NCBI GenBank assembly: GCA_951406725.2
Contig: OX597824.1
Span: 15,500,001-15,564,000, forward strand
From: Octopus vulgaris
Taxonomy: Eukaryota
Reading direction: 5' to 3'
DNA: 64,000 nt
In this document: one piece after another, positions 41,590 to 54,300 of the stretch
Layout: each line of letters starts with the position of its first letter
Position numbering within the stretch: the stretch's first letter is position 1
Made by a program: the position numbers and the translations under genes
Notes under the pieces: generated by a model
What the model was told of the DNA's origin: nothing
The model's input: the letters and a program-made list of their open reading frames with translations, nothing else
Database searches by the model: none

Positions 41590-42143
41590 AAACTACTACT
41601 ACTACTACTACTATTACTACTACTACTACTACTATCACCACCACCAGCGTCAACACCATCACCATCACCACTGACGACACCTTACCATTATCTCATATAT
41701 TAGTTACTGTTACTCTTTCTCTCTCTCTCCCTCTCTCTCCCTCCCTCTCTCTCCCCCCTCTCTCTCCCTCCCCCTCTCTCTCCCTCACTCTCATACTGCT
41801 GCTACTGACTCCAACTCCTATCACTAACATCGTCAAAAGTCTCATCTAACACATTCTACACTACCACCACCACCATCACCACCACCACCATCATTATCAT
41901 CCCTTCACCTTTATCATCTCACCCCCACCGTTAGAACTACCTCACACCTACCACACCCATACTCGCCATTTTCAAATTACCATCGATTCTGAAATCACCA
42001 CCGTCTATATTCCCTACTCTCACATTACCACTACTTCTAAAATCGCCACCCCTCCATTATTATCAGCCTCACCAACACCATCACCACCACCACCACCACC
42101 ACCAACCACCACCACCAAAACCACCACCAACACCACCACCACC

Positions 42144-42175
<32 letters not shown>

Positions 42176-42380
42176 CAACAACAACACTGCCTCCGCCACC
42201 TCCACCGCCGCCGCCGAAGCCACCACAGTTACGACTACCTCACAACAACCACCACTCCTATATTCCCTACTCTCACATTACCACTACTTCTAAAATCGCC
42301 ACCCCTCCATCATTATCAGCCTCACCACCACCACCACCGCCCCACCACCACCACCACCACCACCACCACGATCACCACAA
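40530..42380. repeat. Compound trinucleotide low-complexity block (TTG, CAC, CAT, CCT, CTA, AAC)
   Basis: Direct reading. Includes a duplicated segment of about 65 bp at about 42007 and 42259. Confidence 0.9.
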
Positions 42381-42817
42381 TCACTGCCATTGTTATTACG
42401 GTGTCCAGCCCCAATCTCTAAACTCCCACTAACTAACAATGGTGTCAACACCAACGTGCCCTGTTCAAATAATATTGTTAAAACACACAAGACCTTCAAT
42501 GCACGCCCCTATGCCTTTCACACAGATTGAACACCTCCTTCCAGCTTTAACCATTGTAGATAATCGCCATAACAATGACGATTGCATTCGCAGATACATC
42601 TCTGCTTTATTGTCATGTCGTCGTGTCATCTCCTGATTCATTTACCGTTACTATGACATTCACTGCTCCACCTCACCAAATGCTTTATTTATTGTTTTGA
42701 TCTACGCATTAATACGAATATATGGAGGTAATTGCTTCATGTTTTGGTTGTCAGAAATGTCCACCAACGGGCGATCAGTCTTACTGAATTCTTTTGCCGG
42801 TTGAAGGTACGTTCGAC

Positions 42818-44408
42818 AAGGCGGCGAACTGGCAGAAACGTTAGCGCGCCGGGCGAAATGCTTAGCGGTATTTCGTCTGTCGTTTACGTTCTGAGTTCAA
42901 ATTCCGCCAAGGTCGACTTTGCCTTTCATCCTCTCGGGGTCGATAAATTAAGTACCAGTCTCTCGCACTGGGTCGATGTAATCGACTCAATCCGTTCGTC
43001 TGTCCTTGTTTGTCCCCCTTTATGTTTGGCCCCTTGTGGGCAATAAAGAAATAAGAAACGTTAGCGAATATATATTGATGCCGCTAAAGGTGGCAATCTG
43101 GCAGAACTGTTAGTACGCCGGTCAAAATTATCTGCGCCATTTCGTCCGTCTTTACATTCAGACTTCAAATTCTGTCAAGGTCGACTTTAACCTTTCATCC
43201 TTTCGAGGCGGCGAGCTGGCAGAAACGTTAGCGCGCCGGGCGAAATGCTTAGCGGTATTTCGTCTGTCGTTTACGTTCTGAGTTCAAATTCCGCCAAGGT
43301 CGACTTTGCCTTTCATCCTCTCGGGGGTCGATAAATAAAGTACCAGTTTCGCACTGGGGGCCATATAATCGACTCAATCCCTTCGTCTGTCCTTGTTTGT
43401 CCCCTCTATTGTTTAGCCCCTTGTGGGCAGTAAAGGAATATATATTGATGCCGCTAAAGGTGGCAATCTGGCAGAACTGTTAGTACGCCGGTCAAAATTA
43501 TCTGCGCCATTTCGTCCGTCTTTACATTCAGACTTCAAATTCTGTCAAGGTCGACTTTAACCTTTCATCCTTTCGAGGCGGCGAGCTGGCAGAAACGTTA
43601 GAGGTCGGGCGAAATGCTTAGCGGTATTTCGTCTGTCGTTTACGTTCTGAGTTCAAATTCCGCCAAGGTCGACTTTGCCTTTCATCCTCTCGGGGGTCGA
43701 TAAATAAAGTACCAGTTTCGCACTGGGGGCCATATAATCGACTCAATCCCTTCGTCTGTCCTTGTTTGTCCCCTCTATTGTTTAGCCCCTTGTGGGCAGT
43801 AAAGGAATATATATTGATGCCGCTAAAGGTGGCAATCTGGCAGAACTGTTAGTACGCCGGTCAAAATTATCTGCGCCATTTCGTCCGTCTTTACATTCAG
43901 ACTTCAAATTCTGTCAAGGTCGACTTTAACCTTTCATCCTTTCGAGGCGGCGAGCTGGCAGAAACGTTAGAGGTCGGGCGAAATGCTTAGCGGTATTTCG
44001 TCTGTCGTTACGTTCTGAGTTCAAATTCCGCCAAGGTTGACTTTGCCTTTCATCCTCTCGGGGTCGATAAATTAAGTACCAGTTTCGCACTGGGTCGATG
44101 TCATCGACTTAATCCCTTTGTCTGACCTTGTTTGTCCCCCTTTATGTTTAGCCCCTTGTGGGCAATAAAAAAATAAGAAACGTTAGCGCGCCAGGCGAAA
44201 TGCTTAGCGGTATTTCGTCTGTCGTTACGTTCTGAGTTCAAATTCCGCCAAGGTCGACTTTGCCTTTCATCCTCTCGGGGTCGATAAATTAAGTACCAGT
44301 TTCGCACTGGGTCGATGTAATCGACTTAATCCGTTTGTCTGTCCTTGTTTGTCCCCCTATATGTTTAGTCCCTTGTGGGTAGTAAAGAAATATATATTGA
44401 TGCCGCTA
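42818..44408 (+). repeat. Tandem array of family C SINE units (period about 369 bp in the central part)
   Basis: TATATTGATGCCGCTA at about 43071, 43441, 43810 and 44393. Each unit is an old diverged SINE half plus a young full copy. Confidence 0.92.
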
Positions 44409-44537
44409 TTCGATTGGTACTGTATGGAATATTTAAACCAATGTCTCCCAGCCTATTTCCCCTAGTCCACACTATAACTTTCCAGAAAAATGTATGCCCC
44501 ACCGGTGGTTGGAAAAATACAACTTTGTTCTTAATAT

Positions 44538-44690
44538 AGTTCTATATTTAAGAGATGAGGAATTATGTATAATATTTACATTATTTACATTATTTATATT
44601 TGACGGATATTTGTCCTCATCTTGTTTGTTGTTGACAGAACGTTTCAGCTGATATACCCTCCAGCCTTCATCAGGTGTCTTAGGTTCTCA
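44538..44690 (-). mobile_element. PLE-like end fragment; second copy at 63893-64000
   Basis: Shared GTTCTATATTTAAGAGATGAGGAATTATGTA...GACGGATA.TTGTCCTCA.CTTGTTTGTTGTT. Confidence 0.65.
44634..44679 (-). ncRNA. Minimal type I hammerhead-like motif
   Basis: Minus strand: GACAC CTGATGA A GGCTG gagggtatat CAGCT GAAA CG TT CTGTC. The paralog at the window end reads CAGCC GAAA CG TT GTGTT, restoring both stems. Confidence 0.7.
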
Positions 44691-46306
44691 TTCCTAAGGC
44701 ATTTTTCGATGTTATTATTTCGGACTTCTGCAGACAATGCTGAGGCTCGATCTTGCGAGCTCTGGGACGAAGACCGCTTCGCTCAACAAACTAACAAAAC
44801 AACAGCTGCACAACCAACAATCTAAACGACCTACAAATTGTAAGGAAAATAATCTGAGGTGCACATTAAAAAAATAATGGGTTATGTTCCTTTATGTCGA
44901 AGGCTGTAGAAAAATCTTGATCTGTTTCAGGGAAGGTATAATGACCCAAACAGGAGGTGTAGTTAAATTCTGTATTTCTAATTATTTACTATTGATTAAA
45001 TGTTTGTGAAAATTATGAAGTCTTAGTGCTGGGTTTTATAGAGAAGAAGAAGCACGACCCGATTAATAAGGAATTAGACGTAGGAAATTATAACAATATG
45101 TGGATCTCTGTGCGTATCTTGACATACAAGGGACGAAAACCAATTAAATTATTCACTTTGATTTTAATATTAGCATGAGGCTTTAATGTACGATAATTGC
45201 TGTTATTTATGAGCTCGGTGTTAAATAGGCGAAGCTAAATAATACAATTAAATGCGTATCTTTAAGCAAATGGATGGGAGCACATATAAATAAGAATATT
45301 ATTAATTTTAGCTTTGATTTTAGTAGAATTTTGCTGCAGGGGTTGGCAGAATCGTTAGAGCGTCGGAAAAATGTGCTTTGCTGCATTTCGTCAGTATTTG
45401 TTTCCTGAGATCTAATCCCACGCTGGTCACCTTTCCTTTCATCACCCTGGGGTCCATAAAATAATATATCCGTCAAGTACTGGAATCGGTAGTATCAACT
45501 AACCCCTGCCTTCAAAATAACTGGTCTTGTGTCTCAATTATTTGTGAGGTGCTGTTAAAAGTACGTGAAGGTAAATTCTAAAATTAGACAAGTGTTAAAA
45601 CAAGGTGTTACTTAATTGCAATTATTTTGGGTGTATTTATACGTTTGTGATCACAAGACAATATCGTTAGCACTCCAACATTTCTCCCGACTCCATGTTC
45701 TGAGTTAAAATTCCGCCAAGGTCGATTTTGCCTCTCACCAGTCAAATAATGGGGTCGATGTAATCGACGAATTCCCCTCAGGAACTGTTGGCCCTGTGCC
45801 AAAATTTGAAGCTATTATAAAGTGAATAAAGTTTACGGTAACATTTTAGCCCAGATCATAACGATCTTATATAATGAGGATATTAATAATTTCTGGTTCA
45901 GACACAAGGTCAGTAATTTTGAGAGCAGAAGTCTTAAATCGTACATTATTTTATCGATCCAAGAAGGATGAAAAACAAACTTGACTGTGGCGGAATTTGA
46001 ACTTGGGAAGAAATACGGCAAGATATTTTTCCATCGCTTTTACGGCTCTGTCAGTTCATTACTGTATTACTTTCGATTTAGGCACAAGTCCAACAATTTT
46101 GATGGGAAGCAGGTAAGTCTAGGACTTCACTGTTAGTATAGTTTATCGACCCTGAAGATAATGAAAGGGAAAGTTGGTCTTGGTGAGGTTCGAACTCAGA
46201 ACTTAAAGAACCGCAACTAAATACTGCAAAACATTTCATCCGACCCTCTAACAACTCTGTTGACCTATCGCACTTGTATTCATGACATCGGTACAAGATG
46301 TCAAAT

Positions 46307-46456
46307 TTGGAAGGGGTGAGATGGGGGTGGGATGAGGAGTTTCTTCATCCCAGTTTTGGAAGGGGTTGGATGGGGGATGGGATGAGGAGCATCTTCATCC
46401 CAGTTTTGGAATGGGTTGGATGGGGGATGGGATGAGGAGCATCTTCATCCCAGTTT
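46307..46456. repeat. Three-copy minisatellite of about 50 bp with an internal hairpin
   Basis: Unit TTGGAAGGGGTTGGATGGGGGATGGGATGAGGAGCATCTTCATCCCAGTT. Confidence 0.85.
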
Positions 46457-46479
46457 TCAGTGATACATTCTTTTATTCT

Positions 46480-46688
46480 TTAATTCCTTTATTTGTTTCA
46501 CTCATTTGACTGTGGCCATGCTGGAGCACCGCCTTTAGTCGAACAAATCGACCCCAGGACTTTATTCTTTTGTAAGCCTAGCACTCATTCTATCGGTCTC
46601 TTTTTGCTGAGCTGCTAATGCAAACACACCAACATCGGTTGTCAAGCGATGGTGGGGGGAGGACAAACATGGATACACAAGCATATAC

Positions 46689-46752
<64 letters not shown>

Positions 46753-46915
46753 ACACGATGGGCTTCTTTCAGTTTCCGTCTATCAAATTCAATCATAAGG
46801 CTTTGGGTCTGCCCGAGGCTATAGTAGACAACACTTGCCCAAGGTGTCACGCAGTGGAACTGAACCGGAAGAATGTGGTTAGGAAGCAAGCTGCTTACCA
46901 CACAGCCACACCTGC
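46480..46915 (-). mobile_element. SINE family A
   Basis: Reverse-complement match to the family. Confidence 0.85.
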
Positions 46916-46949
<34 letters not shown>

Positions 46950-47384
46950 ATGTGTGTGTGTGTGTGTGTGTGTGGTGGGGGTTGTTGTACGTGTGTGTGT
47001 GTTGGGAGTTTTTGCATCCATGTAACTTAGTGGTTCGGCAAAACAGACACCAATAGAATAAGTACCAAAGTTAAAAAGGATAATGAAAGGACTGGGTTTG
47101 TTTCATTCGACTAAAAATTTCTTCCAGATAGTGCCCCAGCATGGCCGCAGTCTAATGACTGAAACAAGTAAAACACAAAAGATAAATATAGTACCAAGGA
47201 TAATCTCTGGCGCTCTAAAGATTCGGGCAAAAGAAAAAAAAAATACACTTATGAAACTTGCAATTTAGCAAAATTACATAAAACCGAATCAATTGTAGAA
47301 TTTACCTCGGTTCAGATTCCAATCTTGAGTTGGCGCGTGAGAATTTCGCAGCTTACTATACGAACAACAAAATTAATTTCTATT

Positions 47385-48089
47385 ATAGACACAAAGCCTG
47401 GAATTTCGGGTAGGGGGTAAAACGGTGACATCGACTCCGGTGCTCAACTGTCATTTACTTTATCGACCCCGAAAGAATGAAAACAAAAGCCGACCTCGCT
47501 GGAATTTGAGCTCAGAGCATGAGACAGTCGAAATGCCGCCAAGCATTTTGCCCGGCGTGACATCGATTCTTATTTCGTTATTGCCCACAAGGGGCTAAAC
47601 ATAGTGGAGACAGACAAGGACAGACAAACGGATTAAGTCGATTACTTCGACCCCAGTGCGTGACTGGTACTTAATTTATCGACCACGAAAGGATGAAAGG
47701 CAAAGTTGACCTCGGCGGAAATTGAACTAAGAACTCAGCGGCAGACGAAATACCTATTTCTTTGCTACCCACAACGGGCTAAACACAGAGAGGACAAACA
47801 AGGACAGACAAACGGATTAAGTCGATTACATCGACCCCAGTGCGTGACTGGTACTTAATTTATCGACCACGAAAGGATGAAAGGCAAAGTTGACCTCGGC
47901 GGAATTTGAACTAAGAACTCAGCGGCAGACGAAATACCTATTTCTTTGCTACCCACAAGGGGCTAAACACAGAGAGGACAAACAAGGACAGACAAACGGA
48001 TTAAGTCGATTATATCGACTCCAGTGCGTAACTGGTACTTAATTTAACGAGCCCAAAAGAGTGAAAGGCAAATTCGACCTCGGCGGAAT

Positions 48090-48093
<4 letters not shown>
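47385..48093 (-). repeat. Head-to-tail concatemer of family C SINE units
   Basis: About 180-bp unit repeated, with the junction GACGAAATACC|TATTTCTTTGCTACCCAC at about 47745 and 47928. Confidence 0.88.
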
Positions 48094-48147
<54 letters not shown>

Positions 48148-48558
48148 TTATATATATGCTTACATGCAGGCTTATATAAATGTGCGTGTTAGTGTGTGTC
48201 CGGGTGAGGGCGTGACTGTGAGTGTGAATTTCATTTTGCATTTCAGGAGTAATTTATAATTTATTACAGTGAATATACTCCTATTGAATACAACGAATAC
48301 ACAAACATACCTGTGTGAATATTACCTGTATATAAATATATATGTATATATTTGTGTGTGTGTATGTGTGCGTGTGTGTGATAGTGGTTGTGTGTGAATG
48401 TATACACACACACACACACACACACATATACGTAATATTTGCACATGCATGTTTTCAGTAGGGGTGTATTTACTAATAAATTTTAAATTTCTCTTGAAAT
48501 GCGCAATAAAATACATTTATATAAATATTACAAACACACACACACACTCACACACACA

Positions 48559-48611
<53 letters not shown>

Positions 48612-48960
48612 GTATATATATATGTTGGTATTTTAAAGAGAGAATACATGAATGAAATATACAAACAATACAACTCCCACACAGCCGTCTACACACACAC
48701 GCGCACACAGATAGAGTCACACATCTACACAGACTCACATGCACCCCACCCCTACGCGCATGTTGTAAAACAAGTTTTCCTCTGTCACGCTTGAGTAATT
48801 TGCCACAGCAGACAATAAGTGAGGTGGGTGTTGATGATAATTTGACGTTAAATAAGTGCAGTATATATTTGCTTAAATACATATGCACTCATGCACACAA
48901 ACTCACACATACATGCACACACACACATGCACACACATATATTATATGGCTTTGCGTGAC

Positions 48961-49008
<48 letters not shown>

Positions 49009-49012
49009 TATA

Positions 49013-49337
49013 AATGGAGTGAAACGCAGGTGTTATTCAAATTGTTTTACTTCCGACACATGTTTCGAAGATATCACTGGTATCATTCCAAAGGAATAAA
49101 ATGGTGTAAAACAATGTAATCTTCTCTTCAGGGAAGTGAAGAAATGAAACTCGTCAATAAGACATTTTAACAGAAAATGATGGATATGTATAGTGATTAA
49201 TTGAATGCTATTAAGATTGCTTCAAAAGGTGTTATAACGTCAAAGGTAGCCTATAGAAAGAGGAGGAGGAGTAAAGGAAAGAAAAACTAAATAAATGAGG
49301 AGTATATAACAAGGGAAAAATACACACATCTATTTAT
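49013..49337 (-). mobile_element. Second copy of the 25711-26420 PLE-like family, in (TA)n
   Basis: AAATGGAGT.AA.CGCAGGTGT...GAAACTCGTCAATA.GACATTTTA homologous to 25721-25880, with the same right end. Confidence 0.82.
49049..49137 (-). ncRNA. Type I hammerhead ribozyme with intact core and long stem II
   Basis: Minus strand: ACTTCC CTGAAGA GAAGAT ...about 46 nt... ATCTTC GAAA CATGTG TC GGAAGT. Predicted cleavage after GUC, between + coordinates 49055 and 49054. Confidence 0.82.
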
Positions 49338-49597
49338 ATATATACATATATACTGTTTCACCGCACAAAATAACTTGCTTATATCTTTCCTATGATCAAA
49401 GTCTCGGTCACGTGTCATGTCTCACTGCCATTGATGAAGTCTTAGTTTTACTAATGTGTTGTAAGTGAAAACTAGTAGGAGTCAAACTGTGGTTGTATGT
49501 AATAGGTGGAGAATTGTTCAAGCACCGGATTAGTGGTCGAACAGGGCATCATTCGTAAAAACCAACATTCTAATTATGAGAAAAATAGCCCAAAATC

Positions 49598-49629
<32 letters not shown>

Positions 49630-49658
49630 CGATACATATATATATATATATTTGTATA

Positions 49659-49704
<46 letters not shown>

Positions 49705-50454
49705 ATACACACACAATATATATGTATATATATATACATATATATATATCTATATCTATATATATATATATATACATACATATACATATATCATCAATAC
49801 TTTATTAAACACACACACACACACATAAAGGAATGTACATAAAAACAAAGAGTATGTCACACACACACACACTCAATATATATATATATATATATATATA
49901 TTAGTGTATATATATGTGTGTGTGCTTTTATGCATATATATATATATATGTATGTATATATATATGTGTGTATATATGTATATGTGTGCATATTTGTATA
50001 TGTATGTATGTATATATACATATATATGTGTGTGTGTGTGTTTTTACATACAATCATGTGTAGTGTAGCACATGACATACAGTAAATATGGTGGACCATG
50101 CAGTAAATATGGCAGCAACGTTCGTAGACAGAACTTCAGCCGTAAAAAAAAAAACTTTTCCTCACAAAAGTTTCCTCCATTACAAACCTCAAAAGAAACT
50201 TCATAAACAGGACATCTGAGCCCATATTTTAACCGGATGTTAGCATATCAAATAGGCCATTCTAATTTTTTAAAAATCATTAGGTTATATCATCAGTCAA
50301 GAGTTTTGCGGCGTTAATTGATTAAATTAACGCTGCCAATCTGCGCGTGTTTCGGCACTTACCATCAACACTATGAACATACATACATAAGAATCAGAGA
50401 TACACGTGCCTCTGCTATTTTCTCTGAAATATGGACTTTAACGATGGAATGCTC

Positions 50455-51052
50455 TTTTCTACTCCAGGTACAAGGCCTGAAATTTTGGGGGAGGGGACCA
50501 GTTGATTAGATCGACCCCAGTACGCAACTGGTACTTAATTTATCGATCTCGAGAGTATGAAAGGCAAAATCGATCTCGGCGGAATTTGAACACAGAACCT
50601 AAAGACACGAAATTCGGCTAAGCGTTTCGCCCGGCGTGCTAACGTTTCTTATTTCTTTATTGCCCACAAAGGGCTAAACACAGAGAGGACAAACAAAGAC
50701 AGACGAAGGGATTAAGGCGATTAGGTCGACCCCAGTGTTTAACTGATACTTAATTTATCGACCCCGAAAGAATGAAAGACACAATCGACTTCGGCGGAAT
50801 TTGAACTCAGAACGTAACGGCAGACGAAATACCTATTTCTTTACTACCCACAAGGAGCTAAACACAGAGAGGACAAACGGATTAAGTCGATTATATCGAC
50901 CCCAGTACGCAACTGGTACTTAATTCATCGATCTCGAAAGTATGAAAGACAAAATCGATCTCGGCGGAATTTGAACTCAGAACGTAAAGACAGACGAAAT
51001 ACTGCTAAGCATTTCGCCCGGCGTGCTAACGGTTCTGCCACCTCGCCGCCTT
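50455..51052 (-). repeat. Head-to-tail concatemer of family C SINE units
   Basis: Three units with junctions at about 50645 and 50833. Confidence 0.88.
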
Positions 51053-51275
51053 ACAATGGAATATTGTATTATGGGTTAAGAATCTATATGTTATGCATAT
51101 CTTTTGCATTAGCTTTCCATCATTCAACACAACAAAATTTATAGCTGTATTGTATATAAGCATATACACATATATTTCTACTTCAGCATACTTATATACA
51201 TATGTATATACACCTACATACAAACATGTGTACATATATATATACGTATATGTTTGTATACGCATATATATGGTT

Positions 51276-51324
<49 letters not shown>

Positions 51325-51516
51325 GTGTGTATGTATACTCATATTTCTATGTATACGCATATAATTATATGCTTTTGTGTATATATAATATATACTCATT
51401 GATCAGATGTACATATATATATGTATGAAGTTATGACACATTTTTGTATATAGTATATATATTACATAATACATACATATATATATATATATACACACAT
51501 ATATATAACAATATAT

Positions 51517-51555
<39 letters not shown>

Positions 51556-51653
51556 ATGTTATTGTGAATGATTTCTATTATTCGAGTCACGACATTTTAT
51601 ATTTGAAAAAAAAAATCGCCCACCAAAATTCATGTATACATGTACGTCTGTAG

Positions 51654-51665
51654 ATAATGATAATA

Positions 51666-51759
<94 letters not shown>

Positions 51760-51761
51760 TG

Positions 51762-51835
<74 letters not shown>

Positions 51836-51846
51836 AAGAAGAAGAA
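51654..51846. repeat. (TAA)n then (GAA)n microsatellite
   Basis: Direct reading. Confidence 0.95.
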
Positions 51847-52683
51847 ACAACAAAAGCTATAAAACAAATGAAATCCAAACTAAAAATAGAACAGCAACGA
51901 ACCATGATAAAACGATGGCAAGAAAAGCCCCTTCATGGCAAATACTGGACTTAACTAAATGCAAAAGAAATAGACAAAGAAAAATCTCAGCAATGGTTGA
52001 GAAGCTCAGGACTCAAAGCAGAGACAGAAGGATTTTTAATTGCAGCACAAGACCAAAGCCTCCCCACCAGAAATTACCAAAAACATGTAATGAAAAGAAA
52101 TATAACAAGTAACTGCAGAATATGTGGAGATGGACAAGAAACAATAAATCATATTATCTCTGGCTGCCCAGTCCTAGCTAAGAATGAATATATTCACAGA
52201 CACAACAGAGTTGGGACCTATATACACTGGAAGCTATGCCAACATTATGAAATAACAACAGAAAAAAGATGGTATAGGCACACACCAGAAAAGGTCACAG
52301 AAAACGAGAAAGCAACCATACTCTGGAATATGCCAATACACACAGATAGAGAAATTAAGGCCAACAGACCAGATATAGTTGTCAGAGATCATGAAGAAAA
52401 AAAATGCTTTCTAATTGATGTATCAATACCAGCAGATGACAACCTGTCTCTAAAAGAAATGGAGAAACGTTCAAAATACAAAGACCTGGAAATAGAGGTA
52501 ACCAGAATGTGGAATCTAAAAACAGAAAAAATTCCTATCATAATAGGTGCATTAGGCATGATAAAAAAATATTCAGACAAATACATAACAAAAACACCAG
52601 GACTCACAAACACATATAACATACAGAAAATTGCACTACTAGGCACTGCACACATCCTACGCAGAACACTTTCCATACAGTAA
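51841..52683 (+). pseudogene. C-terminal CCHC zinc knuckle plus restriction-like endonuclease of an R4/Dong ORF; in-frame stop at 51952-51954
   Basis: WQEKPLHGKY, AAQDQSLPTRNY, CRICGDGQETINHIISGC, RHN, RPDIV, IDVSIP, KRSKYKDL, PIIIGALG. Confidence 0.9.
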
Positions 52684-52783
52684 CCATCAGAGCATCACAA
52701 CAAATCACAGCACATAACCAAGGCACACAGAGCTGCGCTCGGTAGTGAAGTGAAAGCACGTTTTAAAAATAAAACTACTGAAT
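51841..52783 (+). mobile_element. 5'-truncated R4/Dong-clade non-LTR retrotransposon inserted in (TAA)n
   Basis: RLE-domain ORF to 52683, a 3' UTR of about 100 nt, and (TAA)n on both sides. Confidence 0.88.
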
Positions 52784-52784
52784 G

Positions 52785-52864
<80 letters not shown>

Positions 52865-52922
52865 GATGATGATGCTGATGCTGATAATAATAATGATAAT
52901 AATACTTATGAAGATGATGGTG

Positions 52923-52989
<67 letters not shown>

Positions 52990-53227
52990 TAATATTGGTA
53001 GTTATTGAGATAGAAAGACAAAAAGACTGGTCATTTAAATTAGCAAAAGTTACTCGTTTAATCTACTGTAAATACTTAGTACTACTACGTGGAAATAGAC
53101 TGTTTACTTCATTCTAATGGCTTAGTTTTAAGTTTGTCCTCAGCTACGGGAGTTATAATGCTCCAGCTTGCCCACTTTACATGGCATATACGTAACTTTG
53201 ATTAAAATTCGTCTACACAAAACGGGA

Positions 53228-53783
53228 CGCGAAATTTTTTTCCCACGTAGTTCCGGACACCAGTAATGAACTGATTTCCATACAGCCAATCAGAGCTCAC
53301 TTCGACCTTGTTGTCAAGGTAACAAACACACTCAACCAAGATAAGACTCAAGACGAAGAACGGTGTTGTAAGTCGACCGATCGCCAAGTTATGCCTGATT
53401 TTAGAAGGAGACAAGTAATTAGATAGATTTGCATCTATACCTATTATTGGATTTTGTTAGGGCCCCATATTGGTAAAGATGTGGATGGGGAAAATGTGAG
53501 GAGAGGGTGATGTGCTAGCAACCCTCTCCCCTTTACTGTTTTACAAAGTAAACAATAACACAAATAACTACGCAGAGGCAGCCATGGTTGGAACAAGAAC
53601 AATAACAACAGGCATTATTAAAAGAGAAACGAAGCATGGTCATTCCTTACCCAAGTGACCTTATCTTATCGCCCATCGCTTGTTATGCGTTCATAAATCC
53701 GTTTGATAACTGAGCTCTGATTGACTGTATGTAAATGAGTTCATAACCGGGGTCTGGAACTCACGTGGGAAAAAAAATTCGCG
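53228..53783. mobile_element. MITE-like element with inverted repeats of about 72 bp
   Basis: 53228-53299 (CGCGAAATTTTTTTCCCACGT...CCAATCAGAGCTCA) is the imperfect reverse complement of 53711-53783. Confidence 0.75.
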
Positions 53784-54049
53784 AACTGGACATCAGTAAG
53801 TCGTAGAGTTAATTTCCCAGCTTTTACTGGAACTTATTTACAGCTGAGTGAACAGGATCAAGAACGCAGTGCACCACCCGCACCGTGATTTGAAACTACG
53901 ATCTTGCGATTGCGAGTGCAGTACCCTTACTCCTAGACGCTTACTCCTGCCGTCACCTTTCATGTATAACATAGCTTGAATGCAAATTTGGTTAACTCTA
54001 CAAACCTATTTTCAGCTGTTACTGTCAAAATAGTAATTAAAAATAATAA

Positions 54050-54300
54050 TAAATGCGCCCTTTTAAAGCCTAGCCAGGCTCATGGGCCCGGTTTCACGGT
54101 TTCAATGGCGTATGTGTTCCCCAGCTGGACGGGATGCCAGTCCATCGCAGCGTTACTCATTTTTGCCAGCGGAGTGGACTGGAGCAACGTGAAATGAAGT
54201 GTTTTGCTCAAGAACACAACGCGTCGCCCGGTCCAAGAATCGAAACCACAATCTTACGATCATGATGCTGACACCCTAACCACTAAGCCACGAGCCTCCA
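54050..54300 (-). mobile_element. tRNA-headed SINE (head like 14355, tail like 4505-4600)
   Basis: Minus head GGAGGCTCGTGGCTTAGTGGTTAGGGTG. Confidence 0.8.

Noticed and set aside
40615-41849. His/Pro/Thr-rich ORFs
   Set aside because: Compound trinucleotide microsatellites; no splice or domain evidence
49424-49482. TTGATGAAG...GAAAACTAGTAGGAGT possible decayed hammerhead
   Set aside because: C3 is mutated, there is an extra A and the stems are irregular; too degenerate to call
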